A DNA stretch of 52,221 nucleotides from a virus (lineage: Duplodnaviria > Caudoviricetes): positions 1-52,221 of IMG/VR virus record IMGVR_UViG_3300032116_020335. The stretch is one strand, 5' to 3'. Position numbers and translations under genes: made by a program. The stretch's first letter is position 1; every line of letters begins with the position of its first letter. Below are positions 37,821 to 48,213 of the stretch, in pieces. The notes under the pieces are model-generated. The model was not told the origin of the DNA, made no database searches, and saw only the letters and a list, made by a program, of their open reading frames with translations.

Positions 37821-38572
37821 AATAATATAAAATTGTTTGGGTGTGTTATGGGTTCTTCATCTTTTATATAATAATTTTTAATCATAGATAAAAGTTCATC
37901 TTTTGTCAAATAATCTATATTAAAAATGTCACTTATAAAATTAGCAGTTATATATCCCATTTTTGATTTGTTAATTACTTTATCAAAATAAGTTAACTGA
38001 ATTGATTTTACACACTCTGTAAAGGCATAATTACTAATTATTAAATCGTAATTTTCATTATTTGTTAATTGTGTTATATCTTTAAATATAACTTTGCTCA
38101 TATCAACATTAGTTGATTCTAAAAATCTTTTGGTTAATTTTAAAACCTGTGGCAAATCAATAAATGTATATGATTTTATATTAAATGTATCCATAATGAT
38201 TTTTGATTGTCCACCATAACCACAACCTATTTCAACAATATCTAAATTGTCTAAATTACCAAATTCATTTATTAAATCACCTAGAACTTTAATATATCTA
38301 ATTGTAGTTGGTGAAAAATGTCCAATATCGTACATTAATTTCATTGGTGAACCTACTGAATCATTAGTAGAATACTTATATATATTTTTTAATAATTCTG
38401 GATTTCTTTTTTTAATTAAATCTAAATAAACTAATCCTTGTTGAAAAGTAACATGTTCTAGAATTCCTGTGTATTTATTGTTGATTCTGAATGTATTAAA
38501 TATCATTGTATCTTGTGATGCTTGTTCACAAAAATTAGGATAAATATTATCGTCTGATATACTTGTTCTCAT
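37811..38572 (-). CDS. Putative sugar O-methyltransferase (class I SAM-dependent)
   Basis: IVEIGCGYGGQ, YTFIDLP and YDLIISNYAFTE. Confidence 0.8.
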   Translation of the reverse strand: MRTSISDDNIYPNFCEQASQDTMIFNTFRINNKYTGILEHVTFQQGLVYLDLIKKRNPELLKNIYKYSTNDSVGSPMKLMYDIGHFSPTTIRYIKVLGDLINEFGNLDNLDIVEIGCGYGGQSKIIMDTFNIKSYTFIDLPQVLKLTKRFLESTNVDMSKVIFKDITQLTNNENYDLIISNYAFTECVKSIQLTYFDKVINKSKMGYITANFISDIFNIDYLTKDELLSMIKNYYIKDEEPITHPNNFILLWK

Positions 38573-38583
38573 ATTTTTTATAA

Positions 38584-39174
38584 TTACTCGTTATGGTTGA
38601 ATATTAAATTACCACCAATTGGTTTTTTTGGTTGATAATTATCTATAGGATTAAAATCGTATTTTCTAGAGAAAAATATTGTTGTTGTCCATGCGTATTT
38701 ATTAAGTGGACCCATTCCGTGAAAATCAATTTGAATAAAATTATTATTTCTTAATAAAGAGCATGAATCAACATACCAATTAGAATTATCAAAAATAATT
38801 ATCCCTGTTTTATTTAAAAACTTAGCTGCTAATAACGCACAATCTTGTCTAAAATCGCCATCAATTAATATTATGTCAAATTTATCAAAGTTTTTTATAT
38901 AATTTATATATTCTTCTTTATTATTTGCAAAAAATAATTCTTGATTTTCTCTTTTATTATTAATACCAATATTATACCATTCTACATTATTTTCTACACT
39001 TATAACTTTTTTACAATTCCTAGAAAAATAAGAACTTGAATTACCTGAACCCCATTCAAAAACTGTTTTGTCAGATAAATCTAATTGTGCTAGATATTCA
39101 ATTGTTGGGTAGGTAAACCAAGGTAAGGTATTATTATTTTCATCTGTTATTTGATGAGTGTATACACTATTCAT
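38584..39174 (-). CDS. Class I SAM-dependent methyltransferase
   Basis: PWFTYPTIEYL, VFEWGSGNSS, VISVEN, FDIILIDG and GIIIFDNS. Confidence 0.8.
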   Translation of the reverse strand: MNSVYTHQITDENNNTLPWFTYPTIEYLAQLDLSDKTVFEWGSGNSSSYFSRNCKKVISVENNVEWYNIGINNKRENQELFFANNKEEYINYIKNFDKFDIILIDGDFRQDCALLAAKFLNKTGIIIFDNSNWYVDSCSLLRNNNFIQIDFHGMGPLNKYAWTTTIFFSRKYDFNPIDNYQPKKPIGGNLIFNHNE

Positions 39175-39899
39175 ATTTGTTTAAAAGATTTTTTATTTGA
39201 TATAATTGAATGACAATCCCATTGTAATTGTTGATGAACATTATGTTCTGATAATGGATTATGAAAATTATAAAGATGTAAAATTTTATCAATATATTTT
39301 ACTCTTTCAAATCCTGCAATTTCCATTACAGGAAACATTATTGCAACATCAGGTGCTGCTTTTAAAAAATTACCATTATCATCTTTAAAACAATTAAGGT
39401 CAGGGTCTTGGTTATATATTTCTTTAAAGCATTCATATTTAAATGTTCTTAAATGAGATGCAATAAATTGTGTTTTTCTAAGATTTGAAAATTCTAATTC
39501 TGTATATGGTCTTGCAAATCCTTTTCTTCCATCTGTCCAAAGTGATTGACCATATGTAACCATACAGTCATGTTCATTATAAAAATCATTTAAATAACTA
39601 AGAGATTTATTACCATGTAATGCATCATCACCATCTACAACAACAATTATATCATTTTCATTTGCATACATAGGTACATATGTTGAATAATTATGTAATA
39701 AACCTTTGTTTTCTGTATTCTTAATTTTTATAAATTTATCATATTCATCAATTAATTCAAAACTGTCATCTGTTGAGGCATCATCAATAAAAAGAACACG
39801 ATAATTATCATAATCTTGAGATACGATTGAACCAACACATCTCTCTATAAAAGATGATGCGTTATAAAATGCACTTACTATTAAAAAACTATTTTGCAT
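39171..39899 (-). CDS. GT2-family glycosyltransferase
   Basis: YNA..FIERC..SI.SQDY...FIDDASTD...VDGDD. Confidence 0.85.
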   Translation of the reverse strand: MQNSFLIVSAFYNASSFIERCVGSIVSQDYDNYRVLFIDDASTDDSFELIDEYDKFIKIKNTENKGLLHNYSTYVPMYANENDIIVVVDGDDALHGNKSLSYLNDFYNEHDCMVTYGQSLWTDGRKGFARPYTELEFSNLRKTQFIASHLRTFKYECFKEIYNQDPDLNCFKDDNGNFLKAAPDVAIMFPVMEIAGFERVKYIDKILHLYNFHNPLSEHNVHQQLQWDCHSIISNKKSFKQI

Positions 39900-40746
39900 T
39901 TATTTTAAAAATTGGTCTTATTTCTTGATGACAACCATTAATTTCATTAAAATTCATTTTTTTTAAATCAATTAAAACACCATCTAAATACATTTCATTT
40001 AAATCTTCAGCAGAATAACTGTATTGTCTTCCAGATATATTTTCAAATGTTTGTTGAACTCTATTAATTGGTGAATTAACAAGTTTACTATTTTCATATG
40101 ATGAAATAATCATCTCAGGTCTACTAAAATTTGATAAAAATGCTTCAAATAAATTTGGATTGCTATATTCTAATGTTTCACAAAGATATTTAATAAAATC
40201 TGTTTTAAAAATATGTCCATCAACTGACATTGGATATGCATAATCATTAGTTCCATCACTAACTTTCCAAGATATTACAGGTTCAATTAAATCAATATCA
40301 AAATAAAAATTATGTGTTTTATAATTATTTATTTTATTTAATCTTTGCATTGTATAACAATTAAGAGTGTTTAAACCCAAACGTAATGAAAAACAATTTG
40401 CATTTGTTATCATAAAAATATTATGTAACTCATCATTATTAAATTTAAAAGATTGATATATTATATCATCATCAGTTAGAAATACTGTATATATAGAATC
40501 TTGAAATAATGATAATAAATCTTGTTTAAATGATTCTTCTTTTTTGAAATTGAATTGTAGGTATTTTTTAATTAACAAATCATATCCTTTTTGAAAATCA
40601 TCATTTGATGCTTTGTAAAGAATATTTAATTTGTAATCTTCAACATTAAAATTTAATAAGATTGATTCAAGCAATAAATCAAGTTGCATTGGTCTATCTT
40701 TTGAAAAAACTATTCCGTTTAAAAGCATGTTATTTAAAAGTTTCAA
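39889..40746 (-). CDS. Putative GT-A glycosyltransferase-like protein
   Basis: VFSKDRPMQLDLLLES, FLTDDD, FSLRLG and YPMSVDG. Confidence 0.55.
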   Translation of the reverse strand: MKLLNNMLLNGIVFSKDRPMQLDLLLESILLNFNVEDYKLNILYKASNDDFQKGYDLLIKKYLQFNFKKEESFKQDLLSLFQDSIYTVFLTDDDIIYQSFKFNNDELHNIFMITNANCFSLRLGLNTLNCYTMQRLNKINNYKTHNFYFDIDLIEPVISWKVSDGTNDYAYPMSVDGHIFKTDFIKYLCETLEYSNPNLFEAFLSNFSRPEMIISSYENSKLVNSPINRVQQTFENISGRQYSYSAEDLNEMYLDGVLIDLKKMNFNEINGCHQEIRPIFKINAK

Positions 40747-41683
40747 ATATATCTAAAATACGTTCTTTTTCCTGTGGTTCATTATACTGTGAAGCAGTAT
40801 TTATTTCGTTAAGACACAAATCATCATACCCATATCCAGTAAGAAAAATATTTAATTGTAGGGTAAGATTGTCTGCAAGAGTATGATAATCACCATTTTG
40901 ACACCAAAATCCGTTATTATTTTTTACATATTCTTTATTACCGATGTTTGAAAACCCAACAACATGGGTATTGCAAGCCATAGCTTCTAATGGAAGAGTT
41001 CCAAACCCTGCAATTTCATCTGTATAAAGACAAAAAGCACAATCAGCAAGTTCATTTGCAAATTGTTGTTTTGACATACCCTTTAATTCAACAAATTGAG
41101 TATTTCTTAATCTCTTATCACTTGATTTAACAATATTAATAAGATTATGTGTGTTCATCTGTTGTGTATTTGACCTTGATGAAGAAAAACAAACCCTAAA
41201 TGCTTTATCTAGATTAGATTTGAATATTGGACTTATAGATTGTTTATATTGGTCAACCTCAATCCCTGGCATATATTTTTGGATATATTCGGTAATACCT
41301 TGAGATACACTTATTACTCTTTCAATACCCGATTCTTTCCAAGATTTTGGTTGTGGCATTGAGGTATAAATGTAAATCCAACTCTGTGCAAGGACTGTCC
41401 TTTTGCACTTCATATTCTTCGTAGAATCAATCAAATTACCAAAACCTTCAGGTATTACCAACAAATCATTTGAGTCGATTCTGAGGCTTCCTAGACCATT
41501 AATTCGGACTTTTGGAATATGGGCAATGCTAAATTCCATCCAAGTTGGATTGAACATACCATCTCCTTCATATAAAAGAGTAACATCATACCCATTATCT
41601 GCAAGAATTTTTGCTTGTTTAAATAAAACACCCATCCCACCTGATGGGGTATTCATATTTGGACAATAATAAAAAACTTTCAT
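40730..41683 (-). CDS. GT-B (GT4-like) glycosyltransferase; paralog of 26450..27535
   Basis: PSGGMG, DLLVIPEG and IAGFGTLPLEAMAC. Confidence 0.75.
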   Translation of the reverse strand: MKVFYYCPNMNTPSGGMGVLFKQAKILADNGYDVTLLYEGDGMFNPTWMEFSIAHIPKVRINGLGSLRIDSNDLLVIPEGFGNLIDSTKNMKCKRTVLAQSWIYIYTSMPQPKSWKESGIERVISVSQGITEYIQKYMPGIEVDQYKQSISPIFKSNLDKAFRVCFSSSRSNTQQMNTHNLINIVKSSDKRLRNTQFVELKGMSKQQFANELADCAFCLYTDEIAGFGTLPLEAMACNTHVVGFSNIGNKEYVKNNNGFWCQNGDYHTLADNLTLQLNIFLTGYGYDDLCLNEINTASQYNEPQEKERILDIFETFK

Positions 41684-41688
41684 ATTGT

Positions 41689-41696
41689 CAAATATA
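41689..41696 (-). promoter_or_regulatory. TATATTTG (Bacteroidota -7 box) at the head of the glycan / Mre11-IntN operon
   Basis: Lies 5 nt upstream of ATG 41683 in a 23-nt intergenic gap. Confidence 0.5.
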
Positions 41697-41706
41697 CGAC
41701 AATATT

Positions 41707-42384
41707 TTAATTAAACCTTGGATTCTGTACTTCTTTATCTGATGCTTCAACACCCCATGCGCTAACAATTAAATAACCTTCTTTTACAGGTTGTAGTACG
41801 ATTGGGTCTTCTTTTACAATGTCAACCAATTTATGACCTTGAACTCTTGCATTTTTCATGTTTAATTGGTCTTTTGTTGCAATAATTAGAAGACCTGTAC
41901 CCATTGTGTATTCAGATTCTTTATTGTATGAACGAGATAGGTCGATTTTATCAACTTTAAAGTTAATTATTTCTTTTTGATTCTTTTCTGGAATACCTCC
42001 AATAAATCTATCAACATTAGTTAAGAGTAGTCCATACTTATCACAAATTCTAATTACTGAATCTTCATTGATAAATTTATTAAATGGATATTTGAATGAA
42101 TAATATTCAATGTTTGATTTAATTTTCTTTGATTCTTCAATCTTTTTAACTTCTTCCTTATAATTTGAGATATTTTTCTCATTGTTAAAACCTAAATTGA
42201 TTAGTTTTTGATAATCTTCAACTTTTGATTCATCAATAGGTGTATCTAGCACAGCTTTGGCTTCATTAAGTAATAAATCATGTGCAGAATAAACTTCATT
42301 GTGAATATCTTCAATTAATTCTACATTTGATTTTTCATCAAACATTGGGTCTAATTTAACATTTTTAGGAAGAATGGTTCTCAT
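41707..42384 (-). CDS. Phage hypothetical protein (225 aa)
   Basis: Long ORF ending DPIVLQPVKEGYLIVSAWG; function not recognised. Confidence 0.7.
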   Translation of the reverse strand: MRTILPKNVKLDPMFDEKSNVELIEDIHNEVYSAHDLLLNEAKAVLDTPIDESKVEDYQKLINLGFNNEKNISNYKEEVKKIEESKKIKSNIEYYSFKYPFNKFINEDSVIRICDKYGLLLTNVDRFIGGIPEKNQKEIINFKVDKIDLSRSYNKESEYTMGTGLLIIATKDQLNMKNARVQGHKLVDIVKEDPIVLQPVKEGYLIVSAWGVEASDKEVQNPRFN

Positions 42385-42411
42385 AACTATTTTAGTATAA
42401 ATAGTTTTAAA

Positions 42412-42783
42412 CTAAAAAGTTTCAATAAAAATATTTAAATATAGTATAATCATTTCTTCATCATATGAATAAAAAATACGTTTATGTTCAGATATAAATC
42501 TATCAAAATATTTAACTAAATATATTTCATTTACATAGTTATTTCTACCATAAATTTCAAAGAATAAATCATAAATAAAGTTTATTACTCTTTTTATATT
42601 TTTAAATACTGCTCTATTGTAGAAATTATCATAGATAAATTGATGCATTGATTGAAGTTTCAATGCAACATGTTGGTTTGGTAAATCAAGCAGTAAGTCT
42701 TCTTTCCATTTTTTTAAAGCAAGAACACCCTCTTTTGTGGAGGGTGTCTTTGCTCTATAAAAGTATAGATTACTATCTATCAT
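42412..42783 (-). CDS. Hypothetical protein (123 aa)
   Basis: ATGA overlap with the helicase stop. Confidence 0.55.
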   Translation of the reverse strand: MIDSNLYFYRAKTPSTKEGVLALKKWKEDLLLDLPNQHVALKLQSMHQFIYDNFYNRAVFKNIKRVINFIYDLFFEIYGRNNYVNEIYLVKYFDRFISEHKRIFYSYDEEMIILYLNIFIETF

Positions 42784-44234
42784 AATGATTTTAACAAATC
42801 TAACTCTGATTTTTGTGTCATATTTTCAACAAGAAGTTGTCTTGTATCTTTAACTTCATCATAATCAGTATCAATAATTTCATCATCATCAAATTGCTCA
42901 ATAATAGAACCTGTTGGAGGTGTTAATTCAAACCTCATATGGGCAGTATCAAAGGTTGAATCTTCAAATACATGACCTGATGGTGAAATATTTGATTTAA
43001 CAAGGTGAAAAGTAGCACGATTATGATTTCTATCATCAGAATCACGACCAATTGTAATAACTACTTGTGCCTTTTTAACTTTAGCAACAGAACCACCTGA
43101 ATCATTCAAATCAAGAAGTTTCTTATTGTTAGATTCTTTCTTAGCTTGTGTGGCAGTCCATCCACAAATATCAAACTCAACAAGCATATCAAGAATAGCA
43201 CCAACAACTTCTTTCTCACCTTGATATGGATTATTTTGATTTGAAAGATGTGATATCATTTCATCAACATAGTCAATATTAATTTGGTCAAATTTATATC
43301 CAACTTTTTGTTGATACTTAATAATCCAATTTTTTAATTGAGGTACTGTCATTTCGCTAGATGGGAATCTTTTGATTTTAATTAAACCAAGATTTTTTGA
43401 TTTAATCTTTTCAATTTCCTCATTTGCTCTTTGCGCTGCTTTTTCAGGGTTCTTTTGAGCATCTTTAAATGATATACCTGTTAATGCAGTTGATACTAAT
43501 AGTTTAATATCTCTTGTTTCGTTCTCACCAAAGATTATGTGAAGAACTTTCTTACCTTGTTTGAAAGCATTTATAGAAAAATTGGATAGGATAGTTGATT
43601 TACCAACACCTTGTCCTGCTATAATCATTCCAAGTTTACCTTTTGGTAGACCAACAATGATTTTATCAATTTCTGAAAGACCTGTTTTAATAAAATCTCT
43701 ATAACGCTGAGTAAATAAGGTTTCATCAATATTATCAATATCATCAGGGTCTTCATCTTCAGTACCAATATTGATGATTTTACGCATTTTTTCTAAAATC
43801 TTATCAAGAGATTCTAAATCATTTGATTCAACAATATTTTTAATTTCACCCTCTGAAAGATTTTTTAATTCCTGGACTTGAATGAATGAATTTGTTGTTT
43901 TTTTAACAAACTCAAAATCATTTCTTTCTTTACCATCAAGAAGATTTTTATAATCTTTATGCATGATTAATAGTTCATTAATCCAAGCATCTTTTTGTTC
44001 TTTAGTGTGTGTTTTATTTGATTTAATAATTTCACCAATATTTCTTTCTGTTGGTAAACCATTGTACTCTTGTACATATTGTTTAACCAATGAAAAAATT
44101 ATTTTGTGTTTTTCCTCTGTAAAATGTTGTGATTCTAATTTTAGAATAACATCCTTTGGGAAATCACTATGAAAAATATGAAATAAGATTCTTCTCTGAT
44201 GTCTATCAGAGCCTAAAGATAAAGTATTACGCAT
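42780..44234 (-). CDS. dnaB: DnaB-like replicative helicase (T4 gp41-like)
   Basis: TGL..ID....GLPKGKLGMIIAGQGVGKST, IDYVD and WTATQ. Confidence 0.88.
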   Translation of the reverse strand: MRNTLSLGSDRHQRRILFHIFHSDFPKDVILKLESQHFTEEKHKIIFSLVKQYVQEYNGLPTERNIGEIIKSNKTHTKEQKDAWINELLIMHKDYKNLLDGKERNDFEFVKKTTNSFIQVQELKNLSEGEIKNIVESNDLESLDKILEKMRKIINIGTEDEDPDDIDNIDETLFTQRYRDFIKTGLSEIDKIIVGLPKGKLGMIIAGQGVGKSTILSNFSINAFKQGKKVLHIIFGENETRDIKLLVSTALTGISFKDAQKNPEKAAQRANEEIEKIKSKNLGLIKIKRFPSSEMTVPQLKNWIIKYQQKVGYKFDQINIDYVDEMISHLSNQNNPYQGEKEVVGAILDMLVEFDICGWTATQAKKESNNKKLLDLNDSGGSVAKVKKAQVVITIGRDSDDRNHNRATFHLVKSNISPSGHVFEDSTFDTAHMRFELTPPTGSIIEQFDDDEIIDTDYDEVKDTRQLLVENMTQKSELDLLKSL

Positions 44235-44247
44235 TTATTGTTAAAAA

Positions 44248-45024
44248 TTAATTGTATGAATAATCCATTTTGAGAAGTTTTTTCTTCTCTTCTTGAGATA
44301 ATACTTTTAAATCATTAAAAGACATTTCATGTTTAGACATTATCTCAAAATCAAGGTATTGTGTATCAATATCTGTCTTTTTAATGTGATTTTTTATAGC
44401 ATGACAAATCTCACCAACAGATTTAATAAATTCTTCTGAAAAGATTGAATTTGGATTAAAGTTAAATACCGTGAACTTTCTTTGAATAATATAATTATCA
44501 TTCAAATGTAATGAAAAATCAAATAAAAGTTCTTCAACAAATTCAATTTGTTTGATATTATCAAAAGATGTTTTTGATTTTGCTTGAATATCAAATATAC
44601 CATCTTCATTAACAGAAATATTCTTTTTATAAAAGAGTTCATTTGAATTATCTTTCAATGAAACCACAATCATAAATTTATCTGTGATATTTTTTAATGC
44701 CCTATCCAACCCTTCTTTACTAATATTTTTATCTTTTAAATAAAAATTATTAGAATTGTATGCTTCCTTCAAGGGAAATCTTTTTGGAAACAAATCAACA
44801 AATGTTTCTTCATTTTCATGATTTACACCAACATATACTTCTTTTGTTAGTCTTTGATTTGGTAATGAAAGAATTTTTTGTAGTACTTTACGAATTTCAG
44901 GAACTAAATCCTTAATATTTACCATTTGTCTAACAATTGGGTTATAACAATCGGCATCAAAAATTCGTTCTGCGACAAGATTGTTTCTATATGAAATAGA
45001 AAACTTGAAATGATTTTTGCTCAT
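44248..45024 (-). CDS. Hypothetical protein with an internally duplicated motif
   Basis: FKFSISYRNNLVAERIFDADCYNP compared with FDFSLHLNDNYIIQRKFTVFNFNP. Confidence 0.65.
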   Translation of the reverse strand: MSKNHFKFSISYRNNLVAERIFDADCYNPIVRQMVNIKDLVPEIRKVLQKILSLPNQRLTKEVYVGVNHENEETFVDLFPKRFPLKEAYNSNNFYLKDKNISKEGLDRALKNITDKFMIVVSLKDNSNELFYKKNISVNEDGIFDIQAKSKTSFDNIKQIEFVEELLFDFSLHLNDNYIIQRKFTVFNFNPNSIFSEEFIKSVGEICHAIKNHIKKTDIDTQYLDFEIMSKHEMSFNDLKVLSQEEKKKLLKMDYSYN

Positions 45025-45045
45025 TTTAAATGATGTTTATTTTTA

Positions 45046-46125
45046 TCAAATATGCACGTTTTTTTTGAAAAAATCTTTTTCTCTGATAATAACAGGATAA
45101 AAAGGTTCATGAAATTTTATAAAATCAGAATTATAATTTTCAAGATACGCATCTTCTGTCATCATCTTTAATAAATTCTCTTCACCTCTTCCATTTGGGT
45201 CTAATGGTTCTTCCGCTACAAGTGCTAATTCTGCCATTGCTTCCTTTGTAAGGAAAGGTTCAAGTAAATTAATTATTTTATAATTTAGTTTGTATTGGTC
45301 TAAACCTACTTTACCAAATGTTTTGAAAATACCTTCAGTAATATTTTCAAGAACTTTAAGAGGTTTCTTTTTATTGGTGATTCTATCTTCATTTATTTGT
45401 CTAGCCTCCTTAATAATCGTTGCTGCTTTAACTTTTTCAGTTTGGATTTTCGGAAAATGTTTGAGAAGAGTACTTTCACCCAAACCATCAATCCCACTAA
45501 TATTATCAGAGTCATCCCCACACATAGTTTTAATAATTGTAAGATTAGAGTAGTGATGTTTGAAAAGAAGGTAGTAATTTTTTTTGGTAACATTCTGTTT
45601 TAAATTAGCAATATAAACAGAGACGTTATCATATTCTAAAAGTTGACAAATATCCCTATCGTTAGTATAAATAGTAATATTCTCTTTATCGTGATACTTT
45701 TGACAATAGTACGCAATCATATCATCTGATTCAATTTGGTCAACTTGTACTTGACGAATAAATAACTCCTCAAGATAGTTTTTAACCCTAATCATTTGCC
45801 AAAGATATGATTCTTTCTCTTGTTGTTGTTTTTTAATTTCAGCAGGAGTTAAATCAATCTTTTTATACCATTCTTTTCCTTCACGATTAGCTTTATATTC
45901 TCTGTAAATATCATATCTAAGTTTTCCCCCATTCTCACCATCCCAAAATACAATAACTTTATTAATATTTTGAGAACGGATGAGACTTCGGGTTTGCATT
46001 ATAAACTGATAAAGACCACCTATATGTCTGCTTCCATTAAATGTATGCTTTGCACCATTAAATGAACGCTTCATCAAATAGTTTCCATCAATTAATAATG
46101 TATTTACAGAAAATTTATATACCAT
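45046..46125 (-). CDS. 5'-3' exonuclease / flap endonuclease (PolA N-terminal or T4 RNase H-like)
   Basis: TLLIDGNYL, VFWDG, YKANR, ESDDMIA, TNDRDICQL and GDDSDNISGIDGLGESTL. Confidence 0.9.
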   Translation of the reverse strand: MVYKFSVNTLLIDGNYLMKRSFNGAKHTFNGSRHIGGLYQFIMQTRSLIRSQNINKVIVFWDGENGGKLRYDIYREYKANREGKEWYKKIDLTPAEIKKQQQEKESYLWQMIRVKNYLEELFIRQVQVDQIESDDMIAYYCQKYHDKENITIYTNDRDICQLLEYDNVSVYIANLKQNVTKKNYYLLFKHHYSNLTIIKTMCGDDSDNISGIDGLGESTLLKHFPKIQTEKVKAATIIKEARQINEDRITNKKKPLKVLENITEGIFKTFGKVGLDQYKLNYKIINLLEPFLTKEAMAELALVAEEPLDPNGRGEENLLKMMTEDAYLENYNSDFIKFHEPFYPVIIREKDFFKKNVHI

Positions 46126-47189
46126 TATTCATCATTATCTTTCGTATTATCCTGAATACGAACCACCTGCACATCATCAGCACCTTCTTCTCCTATTTCG
46201 GATAACAATTCAGATAAATGATTCTTTTTAAATTCTTCAAGTTCTGATTCTAGTACAAGACCATAACTTGTTGAAAGAATTTTACCTTCAAAAGAAATAT
46301 TTGAAACGTGATTTTTAACAATTTTAATTGGTGAAAGGATTCCAAGAGCAGTTGTTTTCTTATTCTTGGTAATATTAATCTTTTCAACACCTCTTGCTTT
46401 AGTACCACCCATATGAATGATAAGTCTGCTCATTGAATATACCGCCTCACCGCCTTTATGTCTAAGTACACCTTGTCCACCTGCTTGTGAATCAAACCAT
46501 ACTTTTTGAACAGCTACAGCAGCAGCTACATATTTTTTACTTACTTTTCTTGTAGATGGAATCCTATGGTGAAAAATACCTTTGAATGCTTGTTCCATTG
46601 CACCTGCATTCCACATATTATTACTCTCTTTATCTTTCTCTCTTGCAGTAAGAGTTTTACGGCAATCAACAGAACCAAAACTATCAATACAAAAGATTAC
46701 ATCCATTTGAAGTTCATCTTTTTCTTGTGCATCAAGAATATTATTTATGAACTCTGCAATATCTTCAATTGAAGGTGCTGAAAAGTTTTTATCGTATTTC
46801 TTACCATAATTCTGAACTAAATAATCAGAATCAACATAAAGATAGTCACCATTAAAATCAAAACCCATCTTTGTAAGGTGGTCTTTCTTCATTGCATTTT
46901 CAGTATCAATGATTACAGGTAGGAAACCATTCTGTTGTGCTGATACTGCTGCTTCATAAACAACAGTAGACTTACCTGTATCGGAATAACCTCTAACAAG
47001 TGTAAGTTCACACAATGGAATACCTTCCAAACCTGTAATTTCTTGATATCCTTTGCTAAGTGGAAGCCATTGCAAAGGTTTTTGTTCTTCATCATTAATT
47101 TTAAATTTTTCTTTAAAATCAGACAAAGAAAAAGACTTTTTCTTTATTGGTTTTTTTTCTTCGGAGTCGTTTACTAATGTTCTACCCAT
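46125..47189 (-). CDS. uvsX: RecA/UvsX-like recombinase
   Basis: GIP...LTLVRGYSDTGKST, IIDTEN, IDSFGS, KGGEAV and IVKNHV. Confidence 0.85.
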   Translation of the reverse strand: MGRTLVNDSEEKKPIKKKSFSLSDFKEKFKINDEEQKPLQWLPLSKGYQEITGLEGIPLCELTLVRGYSDTGKSTVVYEAAVSAQQNGFLPVIIDTENAMKKDHLTKMGFDFNGDYLYVDSDYLVQNYGKKYDKNFSAPSIEDIAEFINNILDAQEKDELQMDVIFCIDSFGSVDCRKTLTAREKDKESNNMWNAGAMEQAFKGIFHHRIPSTRKVSKKYVAAAVAVQKVWFDSQAGGQGVLRHKGGEAVYSMSRLIIHMGGTKARGVEKINITKNKKTTALGILSPIKIVKNHVSNISFEGKILSTSYGLVLESELEEFKKNHLSELLSEIGEEGADDVQVVRIQDNTKDNDE

Positions 47190-47221
47190 GATATATAATT
47201 ATTTTAATAATAAATTGTAAT

Positions 47222-47281
47222 AAAAAAGGTACAACAACAGTAAATACAGAGGGGAGTAATGTAAATACTGTGTTGTACCTT
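47222..47281 (-). terminator. Long hairpin plus U-tract between the SSB and RecA-like genes
   Basis: Arms 47226-47242 and 47266-47281 form a 16-bp stem with one bulge, followed by a T-run on the minus strand. Confidence 0.7.
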
Positions 47282-47291
47282 AAACCCTTAA

Positions 47292-48170
47292 CTAGAAGGG
47301 CAAGTCATCATCCTCATCATCAACTGTAGAAACTACAGGTGATTTAGCAGTTGCTTTTGCTGTTGGTTTTTGCTCTTCAACAGGAGAAGATGACATTTCA
47401 AAGTCTGCCTCAGTATCATCTTCATCAACAAAGATTTGAGACTGATTTAATGAATTATTCATAGATGCAGACTTATTTTCTCCAATATCATATGTAGCAT
47501 TATTAATTGCTTCATTGATAAGTTCCATTTCTTTCAAAAAGAAATCTTGTTGTTTTTTTCTGTTGTCAATGGTTACCATTTCACCATCAACTTTTTTGGT
47601 TACTTCAAAAGAAGGAATATCTTTTGCATTATATTTCCAATCAACTTTTGTTGAATCTTCCATATAAATACCAAAGTTTTTACTTCCTGCAACCCAATTT
47701 TTTGCACATCTTATAGCAAGATTAAACCTTTTGGTTTCTGTTTTATCAACAGACTGTGAAATATAAAGTTTTACATAACCAAGTCTATTGTTAGCAGCCA
47801 ACCAAGCAAGAGAATTTACAAATCCGAAGATGTATGTACTCACTCTTTTATCTTGTGATGTGAATGGTAGGTCAAGTACAAAGATTTCACCACTATCATC
47901 GGTAAACTCAAAGTTTACTTTTGGATTAGGAATTTTTGTACCATCAGTTCTTGTAATTACATTATCAAGAATTGGTGTTACCTTGGTCAAAAACCCATAA
48001 AAAGGTTTCGGATAGTTGTTTTGGTCAACCATCGGAAGCTTTTCATACTGACCATCATTGTTTTTCTTGTTTACAACGAAGAATTTCGCTGTGATTTTGT
48101 TGTCATTTGACTTTGTTGAACCCAATGACATGTAGGTTCTGGACTTTCTGTTAATCGTTTCAAATCCCAT
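47292..48170 (-). CDS. Probable single-stranded DNA-binding protein
   Basis: Acidic C-terminal tail DDEDDDLPF; directly upstream of the recombinase, exonuclease and helicase genes. Confidence 0.65.
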   Translation of the reverse strand: MGFETINRKSRTYMSLGSTKSNDNKITAKFFVVNKKNNDGQYEKLPMVDQNNYPKPFYGFLTKVTPILDNVITRTDGTKIPNPKVNFEFTDDSGEIFVLDLPFTSQDKRVSTYIFGFVNSLAWLAANNRLGYVKLYISQSVDKTETKRFNLAIRCAKNWVAGSKNFGIYMEDSTKVDWKYNAKDIPSFEVTKKVDGEMVTIDNRKKQQDFFLKEMELINEAINNATYDIGENKSASMNNSLNQSQIFVDEDDTEADFEMSSSPVEEQKPTAKATAKSPVVSTVDDEDDDLPF

Positions 48171-48213
48171 AATGTTAAAAATTTAAATTGTTAAAAATTA
48201 ATTATTGTTTAAA

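Noticed and set aside
2589-47095. Many short antisense or alternate-frame ORFs in the track (e.g. 14281..15924 on +, 24038..24512, 45290..45603)
   Set aside because: They are shadows of long genes. The LQHVN repeats are simply the antisense reading of the SHAEG codons.
42780-47189. Additional inteins in the helicase or RecA P-loops
   Set aside because: GQGVGKST and GYSDTGKST are contiguous, and both proteins have normal length.
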